Below, piece after piece: positions 1-8,552 of a stretch of DNA of 64,000 bases. Position numbers and translations under genes: made by a program. The stretch is from a virus (taxonomy: Duplodnaviria > Caudoviricetes). The notes beneath the pieces were generated by a model that ran no database searches, was not told the origin of the DNA, and was given only the letters and a program-made list of their open reading frames with translations. Every line of letters starts with the position of its first letter. Positions within the stretch are counted from its first letter, which is position 1. Where the stretch lies: positions 3,595 to 67,594 of IMG/VR virus record IMGVR_UViG_3300012952_000023. One strand, given 5' to 3'.

Positions 1-1
1 C

Positions 2-964
2 AATAAATATATCCGAGGTGTTCAGGAAACATCAGAAGCAACGTTCGGACGTAAGTTAGGCAGTGCCACAGGTACTTTGGCTGCGGATATAGCTCAAGAT
101 GGTGCAAGGAATATTTGGTGGTTTTTAAATGCTCCTCAAGCTTTAACTCAGATTGCTGTATTGCAAGCTATTTCGATGGGTAATAACCAATCAAATCTAG
201 AACAGATCAATGCACAGAGGAAAAAAGACGGTGTTAAAGAGTTAGATAAATTACCTTTCAATTTAAAATCCAGTGCATTAAGACGTAAGGGTGTAAGACT
301 AGCTGCAACTTTGCCTGCTGTAGCGGGAATGTCTCTAGCTATTGGTAATACTCACCGAAAAGAAGGCTATAAAGCTGTTCTACCAAGCAAGGCTGATCCT
401 ACTCAAACCGAGAATCAGGGCTTTGAATTATTGAGTCGTTACTTCCTAGGACGTACTGGTAGACTTCTTCCTTATAACGAATTCGTAAAAGAAAGACCTG
501 ACGTCAGTAAGGGAGAATATATGAACTACAAACGTTATTTGTTCGATAACAAGTCTCCTATAAAAGCGACAATGAAAGGTATAGAGGGACCTGAAGTAAC
601 ATTCCTAGGTAAATCAATACCTTTATCCACTGGAATATTGCCATTAGGCCTAGGTATAGCAGGAGCTTTCAGAGGTAGTCGTGCAGCAGCTACCAGATTA
701 AAACCTCAAAAGGTAAAACAACAAAAATATCAAACTCAGTTAGCAGAAGCAAGAGAAACTATGGAGGCTGAAGGAACTAAGACTGCTAAGCGTAAGTTCG
801 AAAAATTATCCGATGCCTACCAAAGAAGATCTGAATCCCTTGAATTGCAAACTTTAAAGTCAGTTCTCGCTAATACAGGGGTAGGTGTAGGAGGAGGACT
901 AGCCGTTGGATCTCTCTTAGAATCAATGAGAAGGTCTGACAAAGGACAACAACAAAATCAATAA
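2..964 (+). CDS. Hypothetical phage protein, 5'-truncated by the window edge; possible internal virion protein
   Basis: The frame of ORF 77..964 is open from base 2 (NKYIRGVQETSEATFGRKLGSATGTL...), so the TTG at 77 is not the real start. Two Gly-rich hydrophobic segments lie near the C-terminus. Confidence 0.65.
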   Translation, partial: NKYIRGVQETSEATFGRKLGSATGTLAADIAQDGARNIWWFLNAPQALTQIAVLQAISMGNNQSNLEQINAQRKKDGVKELDKLPFNLKSSALRRKGVRLAATLPAVAGMSLAIGNTHRKEGYKAVLPSKADPTQTENQGFELLSRYFLGRTGRLLPYNEFVKERPDVSKGEYMNYKRYLFDNKSPIKATMKGIEGPEVTFLGKSIPLSTGILPLGLGIAGAFRGSRAAATRLKPQKVKQQKYQTQLAEARETMEAEGTKTAKRKFEKLSDAYQRRSESLELQTLKSVLANTGVGVGGGLAVGSLLESMRRSDKGQQQNQ

Positions 965-967
965 ATC

Positions 968-1435
968 ATGGCAATTGACACTTCGTTTAGTACTGCTCTT
1001 GGTTATGCCCCTTCGGACGTGGATAATCTCCGAGAGATCATATTAGCTAAACAAAAAGTAGACCATGCAATGAATAGAGCTGGGGTACCAGGAGCTGGTA
1101 TGGCAAGACTTAGCGCACAGCCAGAACAGCAAGGGGGATGGGGTAACACTATAAAACAAGGTCTTGGATTATATAACGCATGGCAAGATTCACGTAATTA
1201 TTCTTCTGGTGTACCTTGGGGAAGAGGGGCTGCAGGATACAAGGATAATTACAGTAGTGGTTTAGATGCTCCTTTCTTCGATAGAGGTGGTATGACTTAC
1301 TGGGACTCAGACAGTAATATTACTATCCCAACTAATAGTTTCGATTTTGGGGCTAATGCTGAAGTCGCAGCAGGTCTAGGACAAGATAATGGTTGGTGGC
1401 AAGGTATTAAAAATTGGTTCTCTGGAGGTAATTAA
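968..1435 (+). CDS. Hypothetical Gly-rich protein, putative virion-associated
   Basis: 155-aa ORF tightly packed in a co-directional operon. Confidence 0.6.
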   Translation: MAIDTSFSTALGYAPSDVDNLREIILAKQKVDHAMNRAGVPGAGMARLSAQPEQQGGWGNTIKQGLGLYNAWQDSRNYSSGVPWGRGAAGYKDNYSSGLDAPFFDRGGMTYWDSDSNITIPTNSFDFGANAEVAAGLGQDNGWWQGIKNWFSGGN

Positions 1436-1918
1436 ATGAAATCTGTATACGGTCGTGATTCTGCTACTCGATATGCTCCCGGAGATAGAAAACCAGATAT
1501 CAACCAACTAATTGCTGAATATGCTAGACAGCAAAACCAATTCATACCTTCTGCTTCTTCTAGTTTCAAGGCTGGACAAGTAGCTCCAAGAGGTGGTTAT
1601 GGATCTACAGGACCTGCAACTTCTACCAATGAAGATATATGGAATCGGAAAGATCTATTAGCTGCAACATTAGGATCAAGTCTCGATGAGCAGGACTTCG
1701 AGAGGCGCTTCGCACTGAATAAATTTTATAACGAAGGCGAAATAGCAGCGATAAAAAAACAGTTTGAAACTGATAAAGCTTACCAAGAATCCTTACAACC
1801 AAAAGATTCAGGTGGTGGTTTCTTACAAAAGCTAATAGGTGGTGCAAAGTTTGCTGTTGGAATGAGTACTGGTAACTATCCTCTAGCTATTAGCGGTGGA
1901 GCTGATCTTGTCTCTTAA
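1436..1918 (+). CDS. Hypothetical protein, putative virion-associated
   Basis: 160-aa ORF that abuts the previous stop (TAAATG). Confidence 0.6.
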   Translation: MKSVYGRDSATRYAPGDRKPDINQLIAEYARQQNQFIPSASSSFKAGQVAPRGGYGSTGPATSTNEDIWNRKDLLAATLGSSLDEQDFERRFALNKFYNEGEIAAIKKQFETDKAYQESLQPKDSGGGFLQKLIGGAKFAVGMSTGNYPLAISGGADLVS

Positions 1919-1957
1919 TACCTATTAGAATCATAAATATATGTCTACTTAGAAATC

Positions 1958-2716
1958 GTGGCAGTTTTAGGACCGGATGGCAGGGTTTATAACCAAACTA
2001 GCAATCCTACTAATGATTTTAGATTTGGACAACGGTTGACTAGCGGCCTTGAAGGGATGAGGATGGCATTTTCGAGTCCTCAATTCCAAGGTGGAATGCG
2101 TAATCTTATATACAGTCCAGAAGCATTGAAAGGATTATCTGGTCCTTATGCTGTGCCACAAATGCAGGGAGGAATAAGATCATTATCTCCAGCGTTGAAA
2201 GCATATCCTGTTATTACGTCTTTAATTTCAGGTGGTGCAGAGCTATTGGATCCTAATGATCCTTTTGGAAGAAACTTAGCAGAGGGAACAGGCGTAGCAG
2301 GAGGAGGAGTTGCAGGAGGACTTGCAGGAGGAGCTTTAGGAGGTATGGCGGCAGGGGCTTTAGCTGGAACAATGGCAGGTCCTTTAGCACCTTTAGCTGT
2401 ACCTGCGGGAATGATATTAGGAGGAATGTTTGGTAGTGGTATTGGTAAAGCAGGTATGGCAGGTATTTACGACCAAGTAACTGGAAAGACTCCTGCTGAT
2501 AGGACGATGGAAAAGAATCTTGAATTAGATGAAATGGTATTTGCTCAAAGACTTGATCAGCAAAGACGTCAACAAGAATTAGCTATGCAACAACAAAGAT
2601 CTATTATGGATGCTGCAAACGAAAGACAGATGCTTTCTAGCTTAGCTATGAGTAGTTTGCAAGGTGAAAATAATCAACAAAGAACTTTAGAAGCCCTCAT
2701 TAGCTCTTATCTCTAA
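1958..2716 (+). CDS. Hypothetical protein with a glycine-zipper-like hydrophobic segment and Gln-rich coiled tail; putative ejected/internal virion protein
   Basis: GxxxG run (GTGVAGGGVAGGLAGGALGGMAAGALAG) followed by a Q/E-rich helix. Confidence 0.55.
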   Translation: MAVLGPDGRVYNQTSNPTNDFRFGQRLTSGLEGMRMAFSSPQFQGGMRNLIYSPEALKGLSGPYAVPQMQGGIRSLSPALKAYPVITSLISGGAELLDPNDPFGRNLAEGTGVAGGGVAGGLAGGALGGMAAGALAGTMAGPLAPLAVPAGMILGGMFGSGIGKAGMAGIYDQVTGKTPADRTMEKNLELDEMVFAQRLDQQRRQQELAMQQQRSIMDAANERQMLSSLAMSSLQGENNQQRTLEALISSYL

Positions 2717-3216
2717 TGGCATTCAACGTTTCATCTGCATATACAAGTAGTTTTCATACTCCAGAGGAAGCTTTGGATTTTGATTATGCTTGGGCTCCGA
2801 ATTTTTCTGAAAATTTAAATGAACAAGAACTTGCGAGGAAAACTGCACAAACAGTATTAGGTCAAGAAAAACTAGAGGGTATTGCCAATAGAGAGATTGT
2901 TAAAGAACAATACGAGCAGGCACTTAAACAGAAAAAGTGGATGTGGGACGAGCAATTAAAAGAAGATAAAAAGCGAAGATGGAGAGATGTTATTTCTGCT
3001 GGAGTAGATTGGATCGGCAACAGGAATACAAATATTACAGCAGAATTAGAGAATATTAAAAAAAGACGTGATGCTTTGGATATTACAACTGGACAGGACA
3101 ACCAAACATTGGTTAATCAGGTATTAACTAATCGCTTAGTCAATGCAGGCTTCTCTCAAGACGAAGCTAATCGCATAATCAAATCTAACGCAGTGCAGTG
3201 GCCTGGTTTAGGGTAA
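2716..3216 (+). CDS. Hypothetical protein
   Basis: 166-aa ORF with a TAATG overlap to the upstream gene. Confidence 0.6.
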   Translation: MAFNVSSAYTSSFHTPEEALDFDYAWAPNFSENLNEQELARKTAQTVLGQEKLEGIANREIVKEQYEQALKQKKWMWDEQLKEDKKRRWRDVISAGVDWIGNRNTNITAELENIKKRRDALDITTGQDNQTLVNQVLTNRLVNAGFSQDEANRIIKSNAVQWPGLG

Positions 3217-3254
3217 ACCTTAGCTAAACTGAAAAGAGTTCCTAACATTAGCCA

Positions 3255-3890
3255 ATGGGATACAACTGGAATCAATTTAACGATCTGATTAATAACGACA
3301 AAACAGGCGTTAGGGGTAGGGTTATAGATGAGTATCTTGATCCTGAGAAGGTCTTGTCAAACGTCCCTGGTAGGGGTTGGTTTGGAGGATACCACGAAGG
3401 AGAAGGTAAAGGTATTGTCTTTGATTTAGAAAATGATAAGACCTTGAGAAATTATGCCAAACAACATGGCATTATCCGTATAGAAGATGATGGTGCAGGT
3501 AATATTACTCCTGTTTTCAAGAACGAAGGGGCTGCAAGGCGTTTTAATGAATTAAGAACTAAAGCAATCGAAGATCTTTCTAAAAATAAGATGACGTACG
3601 CTAATAGAAGTGACGATACATATGAGTCACCGGGAGAAAAATCACTAAGACAGAAAGCTGAATCATCAAAGAAAAGAGGTAGTATCGAGGACTTGCTTCA
3701 AGATGTGATTAGATCTGGCATTCCTCCTAAGCCTGGCGAATCGGGTTTTGAGGAATATAAAGAATGGTGGAGAGAAAAAGAGGACAGGAAAGACAAAAGA
3801 AGAATGGATGATTTAGGTGCTGCTCGTAAATGGTCAAACAGAAGAGGAGCGACTAATACTGTAGGTAAAGTCCTTCAGGCACTTATATAG
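3255..3890 (+). CDS. Hypothetical protein
   Basis: 211-aa ORF in operon context. Confidence 0.6.
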   Translation: MGYNWNQFNDLINNDKTGVRGRVIDEYLDPEKVLSNVPGRGWFGGYHEGEGKGIVFDLENDKTLRNYAKQHGIIRIEDDGAGNITPVFKNEGAARRFNELRTKAIEDLSKNKMTYANRSDDTYESPGEKSLRQKAESSKKRGSIEDLLQDVIRSGIPPKPGESGFEEYKEWWREKEDRKDKRRMDDLGAARKWSNRRGATNTVGKVLQALI

Positions 3891-3902
3891 GAGGTACTTA
3901 TC

Positions 3903-5093
3903 ATGGCTACTTGGTTAGAAGATTTTTACAAGAACAACAACATCGGTGGAGCAGGGGGAAACCTAAGTGCAGGAGCTTCTCAGTACTGGCTGAATGAGGC
4001 CGACAAACATGGTGCTGACAAGGTTAAATCGATTATTGAAGGAACAGCTAAAGCGGAAGGTACTTGGAATCAGGCCGCTAATACCAACACCAATACAAGC
4101 ACCAATACTAATACCACCTCGACAGGGGGGACGACTCAATCGACTAGTGGTGGAACGACAGGGGGGACATCTGGTCAGATCACTACAGGTGCAGCCGGTT
4201 CTACCGCTACGGGAGGCACAGGTACAGGTAATACACAAGGCACAATAAATAATGCTTGGTATTCACAGCTATCTGACCCAGGGCTAGCTGTTAGCCAAGG
4301 GCTTAATAATCTTACGGGTCTTGCAAATAAATACGAAGGAACAGATATAGCAACTGCTGTTGTAGGTCAACTAGGTGATTTATATACCTCTCAAGCAAAA
4401 CAAGGGATGATGTTGACTTTCGATGATTTAGTTCAGTCACAAAATTTAAAGCATACTAAAAACTTAGAAAATTATAGGCTTACGAATACCAAGGATTTAA
4501 TGGCTACAGAATCCGACCTTACTCAAGCCATAGATACAAATCGAATTACTACAACAGGAGCCGAAAATAGAAAACAACTGGTCACGGCTGGAGAACAAAC
4601 TCGCTTAACTGTTGGAGCTCAAGCAGATGCCGATGTTAGAACAATAGGTGCTCAAGGAGACCAAGACGTTAGAACTATTGGTGCTAAGGGAACAGAGCAA
4701 AGAAAAGCAATACTAGAGCAAGGTGGAGTAGATATTAAGAAGATTGGAGCAACAGGTATTCAAGAACGGAAAAACATAGGAGCTCAATCGGACGCTGATG
4801 TTAGAGCTATTGGAGCTGCTGGAGTTCAAGATCGTCTAGGTATTCAAGAGACAGGTTCTCAAACAAGAATGAACATAGGCTCTCAGGGAATTCAAGACAG
4901 GCTTGGCACGGTAACAAAAGGAGAGCAAGATCGCTTAGGCATGAAAGAGACAGGTCAGCAGGAAAGATTGAGCTTACAGGAAAGAGGGTCTCAAGAGAGA
5001 AAAACGCAAAGAGATAAATATAGGGAAGAGAGAGCCATGCGCGCTGACGCAAGAGGTGCTATTAGTAGAGCAGGTGCTAACTTCTACGGTTGA
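3903..5093 (+). CDS. Putative internal virion/DNA-pilot-like protein with about 14 11-residue repeats
   Basis: GGAGG SD before the ATG; Thr/Gly linker; C-terminal hendecads (GAQADADVRTI, GAQGDQDVRTI, GAKGTEQRKAI...). Confidence 0.6.
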   Translation: MATWLEDFYKNNNIGGAGGNLSAGASQYWLNEADKHGADKVKSIIEGTAKAEGTWNQAANTNTNTSTNTNTTSTGGTTQSTSGGTTGGTSGQITTGAAGSTATGGTGTGNTQGTINNAWYSQLSDPGLAVSQGLNNLTGLANKYEGTDIATAVVGQLGDLYTSQAKQGMMLTFDDLVQSQNLKHTKNLENYRLTNTKDLMATESDLTQAIDTNRITTTGAENRKQLVTAGEQTRLTVGAQADADVRTIGAQGDQDVRTIGAKGTEQRKAILEQGGVDIKKIGATGIQERKNIGAQSDADVRAIGAAGVQDRLGIQETGSQTRMNIGSQGIQDRLGTVTKGEQDRLGMKETGQQERLSLQERGSQERKTQRDKYREERAMRADARGAISRAGANFYG

Positions 5094-5095
5094 TA

Positions 5096-5605
5096 ATGGA
5101 TAAAAAGAAAGATGATGTGATTCAGTCGTTTTTAACGGCTTTGGATCATGGCTATCGTGAAAGTTTTTTAATGTATGCAGAGAATACTTACTCTGTATAT
5201 GAAATATGGTTATATGCTTCTGTTTTGGGTTATGAGGGTGGCTTTAAGGCTTTAGAAGAATGGATTCAGACTAATTACCCTAAATTAAATAGACGGCAAT
5301 TATTACTGGCTGAAATTGTTAAATTAGAATCTGATATCGATTTTCTTCGTCAACAGGTTCATGCTGATTTAGTTAAGCCTGATGCAGCGGCCACTAGGAT
5401 TGCACACCTATCCAAGGAATTACGTGGTCATGTTGTGGAAGTCGATAAAATCACAAAAGGTACAGACAGAAGAGGATTAGTGTTAGCAGGTGCTGATAAG
5501 GTCATGAGAGAATTAAGAGCAATCTTCAAGGATAACGAGGATGTGACTAACGCTTTGGAATTAGCCTATGAATCTGTTTGGGCAATGCTAATCGACGAGA
5601 AGTAA
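5096..5605 (+). CDS. Hypothetical helical protein, possible terminase small subunit
   Basis: ATG at 5096 within ORF 5090..5605. The TerS idea rests only on position near terL and predicted helicity. Confidence 0.45.
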   Translation: MDKKKDDVIQSFLTALDHGYRESFLMYAENTYSVYEIWLYASVLGYEGGFKALEEWIQTNYPKLNRRQLLLAEIVKLESDIDFLRQQVHADLVKPDAAATRIAHLSKELRGHVVEVDKITKGTDRRGLVLAGADKVMRELRAIFKDNEDVTNALELAYESVWAMLIDEK

Positions 5606-5630
5606 TCTAAGTTAAATTGTTATACGTCTT

Positions 5631-5957
5631 ATGACGGAAGATAAAATCAAAGAAATTCTTCCTCATTTGTGTTATACGAAAGAAGAAGTTGATAAGTTAA
5701 TTGCAGCAGCTGTAGCAGAAGCGAAAGCTATAGATGAAGAGTCTATGAGATTGCATAATCGTAATGCAACAATTATTAGTATGATTCTTGGTTTTACTTG
5801 TTTGGCTTTATTTCTAGATGGAACATTAAGGTTGTTAGGTATCATCCCTCCATTCTTAGATATAGATATTAGTATTGTCGATAAAATAGCGGCAAAGGTA
5901 GAAACAGAAGTTCTACCTTTGATTAATCAAGCTAGGGATTATATTCCTAAGATTTAA
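5631..5957 (+). CDS. Small membrane protein
   Basis: Hydrophobic stretch IISMILGFTCLALFLDGTLRLLGIIPPFL. Confidence 0.6.
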   Translation: MTEDKIKEILPHLCYTKEEVDKLIAAAVAEAKAIDEESMRLHNRNATIISMILGFTCLALFLDGTLRLLGIIPPFLDIDISIVDKIAAKVETEVLPLINQARDYIPKI

Positions 5958-5964
5958 GAAAAGA

Positions 5965-6942
5965 CTATTCTTTTTCTATATCCGTAGCATCTAAATCTAT
6001 TTGATCAGCAGGATCGATTTTTATTTCTGGTTGTAATTCTTTTGGTTTCGCTACTGGTTGTAGTTCTTCTTGGACTTTTTCGTATTCTGTTTTGTAATAA
6101 TTGTATTTATCTTCTAGAGGCATACTGGCTACTTCGCGAGCTTTGGCTTTTTTCTCTGACTCGGATAAGTTAGCAACATCTGAAGAAGTCAGTAATGAGC
6201 CTAAATGAGTGTCCAAGATTATGTTTACGTCATTTTCAAGTCTTTCTTGGTAGTCAGTTTCTTGAAGGTGTGACTCAACATATGAATTAAGAGGTCTATT
6301 TTTAAAACATAGATCTGATTTAAAAATCTTGAAGTTAGAGTCCGTGTTATTTAAAAATCTACATCTTAAGAAAGAAGGCATCAAGAAGACGGTTCGTGCT
6401 TCTACTGTTGTTTTATAAACAAGTTCTTCACCACTGAATATTTTGTGGTTTGCTGTTTGGGAAGTTAGTCTTTTCTTGTCTAAGGCAGGATCTTCTATCT
6501 CTAGAGATATAGACGTATAACTTGGTTGGTCTTCTTCATTTTGTTGAGGATTATCTGCTACTACTAAAATACCTACTAATTCTGTATTAGGACTGCAATT
6601 TAAATAATATTGGGAGTTCTTATCTAATTTGATATAGTCTGTTTTAGCAATAGCCATCTGACCGCTTTTGTCAGCTATCCACTCAGAGCTTTCTAGTGTT
6701 TTATAGAACAATTCATTTAGAGGTGTATTAACCCATACTTCATGCCAATACGTCAAAGTGATATCGTTTACCTGCATATCTGGATGTGGTAGTTCTTTTA
6801 AATCTTCTTCAGAAGGAGACTCGAAGATATTTAGGGCTTGTTCTCCGACCTTTTCTAAGCCAAGAAGTGGTATGGTGGCCTGAGAAAAAGTAATAGGAAA
6901 AATTGTTTGGGTTGCGTCAAATGGATTGCTTTCGTCCATCAT
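5965..6942 (-). CDS. Hypothetical acidic protein
   Basis: 325-aa ORF with no competing long ORF; divergent from terL. Confidence 0.65.
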   Translation of the reverse strand: MMDESNPFDATQTIFPITFSQATIPLLGLEKVGEQALNIFESPSEEDLKELPHPDMQVNDITLTYWHEVWVNTPLNELFYKTLESSEWIADKSGQMAIAKTDYIKLDKNSQYYLNCSPNTELVGILVVADNPQQNEEDQPSYTSISLEIEDPALDKKRLTSQTANHKIFSGEELVYKTTVEARTVFLMPSFLRCRFLNNTDSNFKIFKSDLCFKNRPLNSYVESHLQETDYQERLENDVNIILDTHLGSLLTSSDVANLSESEKKAKAREVASMPLEDKYNYYKTEYEKVQEELQPVAKPKELQPEIKIDPADQIDLDATDIEKE

Positions 6943-7010
6943 CGTTTTAAAAAACTAGAATCATTATAGATTGCATATGTCAAAAATAGTGAAAAACATT
7001 AGAATAAACT

Positions 7011-8543
7011 ATGTCAAATGCTTCCATTGCTCTTGCTCGCAGACGTAGTGCTCAGCTAGCAGCAAGATCCATAAAGAAACAGCCGAAGATTGTTGAGACA
7101 CCTAAGCATATATTAAAAGCTAGGGATAATTTTGCTTTCTTTTGCGAGTTAATGGGTAAGCCACCTGCTCGTCATATGAAAGTTTGGCATGATGCGTTTC
7201 TAACTAAACAAAGCAATGAGCATTTACTTGATATAGCAGGCCCTAATACATGCCTCCTAAGCCCTCGAGGTAGTGCTAAATCAACAGAGATAGGTTTACT
7301 GATAGCGTGGCTTATTGGTCGTCATTCGACTGCTCATAAGCTGCTGAGAACTCTATACGTCTCTTACAACGTTGATGTTGCTCGCAACAAGAGTGCTGCA
7401 ATAAAAAATATGATAATGAACAAGGAATATCAGGAAATTTTTCCGACAGTCAGATTATCGAAGACTCGCACGAGCGATGAACTATGGTCTATTGATTTTG
7501 ATTTTGCCGAGGTTGATATAAGAGGAGAAGATGCTTTTACTGTTGCTTGTGCAGGATTAAAAGGAACAATTACATCTAAACGTAGTTCTTTGATTGTTGT
7601 AGACGATGCTATAAAAAGTGCGGCTGCTATCTCGAATCCAGAAATTAGAAGAGAGATGGAAACCAACTGGAACAACGTTATCGTTCCAACCATGTTCCAG
7701 GGTGCTAGAGCTATAGCTTTAGGTACTCGTTTCCATTTTGACGATCTGTTTACAACAACATTCTGCGAAAAACGAGGTTGGAAAGTTATAACACAAGCAG
7801 CTTTGAGATATGAAGAGGATGGGAGACCTCGTTCCTATTGGCCTGAAATGTGGTCGGCAAAATACTTATTAAATTTGCAAAGCCAAGATCGTATTGCTTT
7901 TTCTTATCAGTATTTAAATCAACCAGTTAAGACCAGTGAATTAGGAATTTCCCCTGAATTATTTGTAAAAGGAGAAGTACCGGATGTCTACGACAGCGTC
8001 GGAGTGGGTATTGACTTGTCTGCGGGAATGAGTGAAAGAAATGATTGGACTGTATTTACCTTGGCTGGAAGGGTTGATGACAAGGTTTACGTTATCGATT
8101 ACAAGAGAATGCGTTCAATGGGCAATGTAGAAAAGATTGAAGCTTTATGTGAATTATTAGTTGAGTGGAATCTCTTGGAATCTAACGATCAAAATCAATT
8201 TTTCAAAACAGATTCACCCGTTATTATCTGGCCAGAAGTAGTTGCTTATCAGAAAAGTTTTGAAGGAGATTTAAAACGATTCCTATTTAATGAATGGCAG
8301 CTCTACAATTTAAGTATTAGCCCTGTTAAAGGTTTTCGCGGTGACAAGCTTGCGAGACTTAGGGGCATTATTGGTCTCTTCGAGAGACGTAAGATTATCT
8401 TCAACAAATACCGAGATTTTAATTACATGGTTGATGAAGTAGTGAATTTTGGTCATGCACCTCATGACGATTGTGCTGACTCTTTGAATATCGTTGTACA
8501 AGGCTTGATGCGACGAGGAAGTGCTCAGGTCGAGTGGCAGTAA
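7011..8543 (+). CDS. terL: Terminase large subunit
   Basis: Walker A-like SPRGSAKST, Walker B LIVVDD, coupling motif LGTRFHFDDL, RNase H-like nuclease motifs GIDLSAG and HDDCADSL. Confidence 0.93.
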   Translation: MSNASIALARRRSAQLAARSIKKQPKIVETPKHILKARDNFAFFCELMGKPPARHMKVWHDAFLTKQSNEHLLDIAGPNTCLLSPRGSAKSTEIGLLIAWLIGRHSTAHKLLRTLYVSYNVDVARNKSAAIKNMIMNKEYQEIFPTVRLSKTRTSDELWSIDFDFAEVDIRGEDAFTVACAGLKGTITSKRSSLIVVDDAIKSAAAISNPEIRREMETNWNNVIVPTMFQGARAIALGTRFHFDDLFTTTFCEKRGWKVITQAALRYEEDGRPRSYWPEMWSAKYLLNLQSQDRIAFSYQYLNQPVKTSELGISPELFVKGEVPDVYDSVGVGIDLSAGMSERNDWTVFTLAGRVDDKVYVIDYKRMRSMGNVEKIEALCELLVEWNLLESNDQNQFFKTDSPVIIWPEVVAYQKSFEGDLKRFLFNEWQLYNLSISPVKGFRGDKLARLRGIIGLFERRKIIFNKYRDFNYMVDEVVNFGHAPHDDCADSLNIVVQGLMRRGSAQVEWQ

Positions 8544-8552
8544 TATAAAGAA

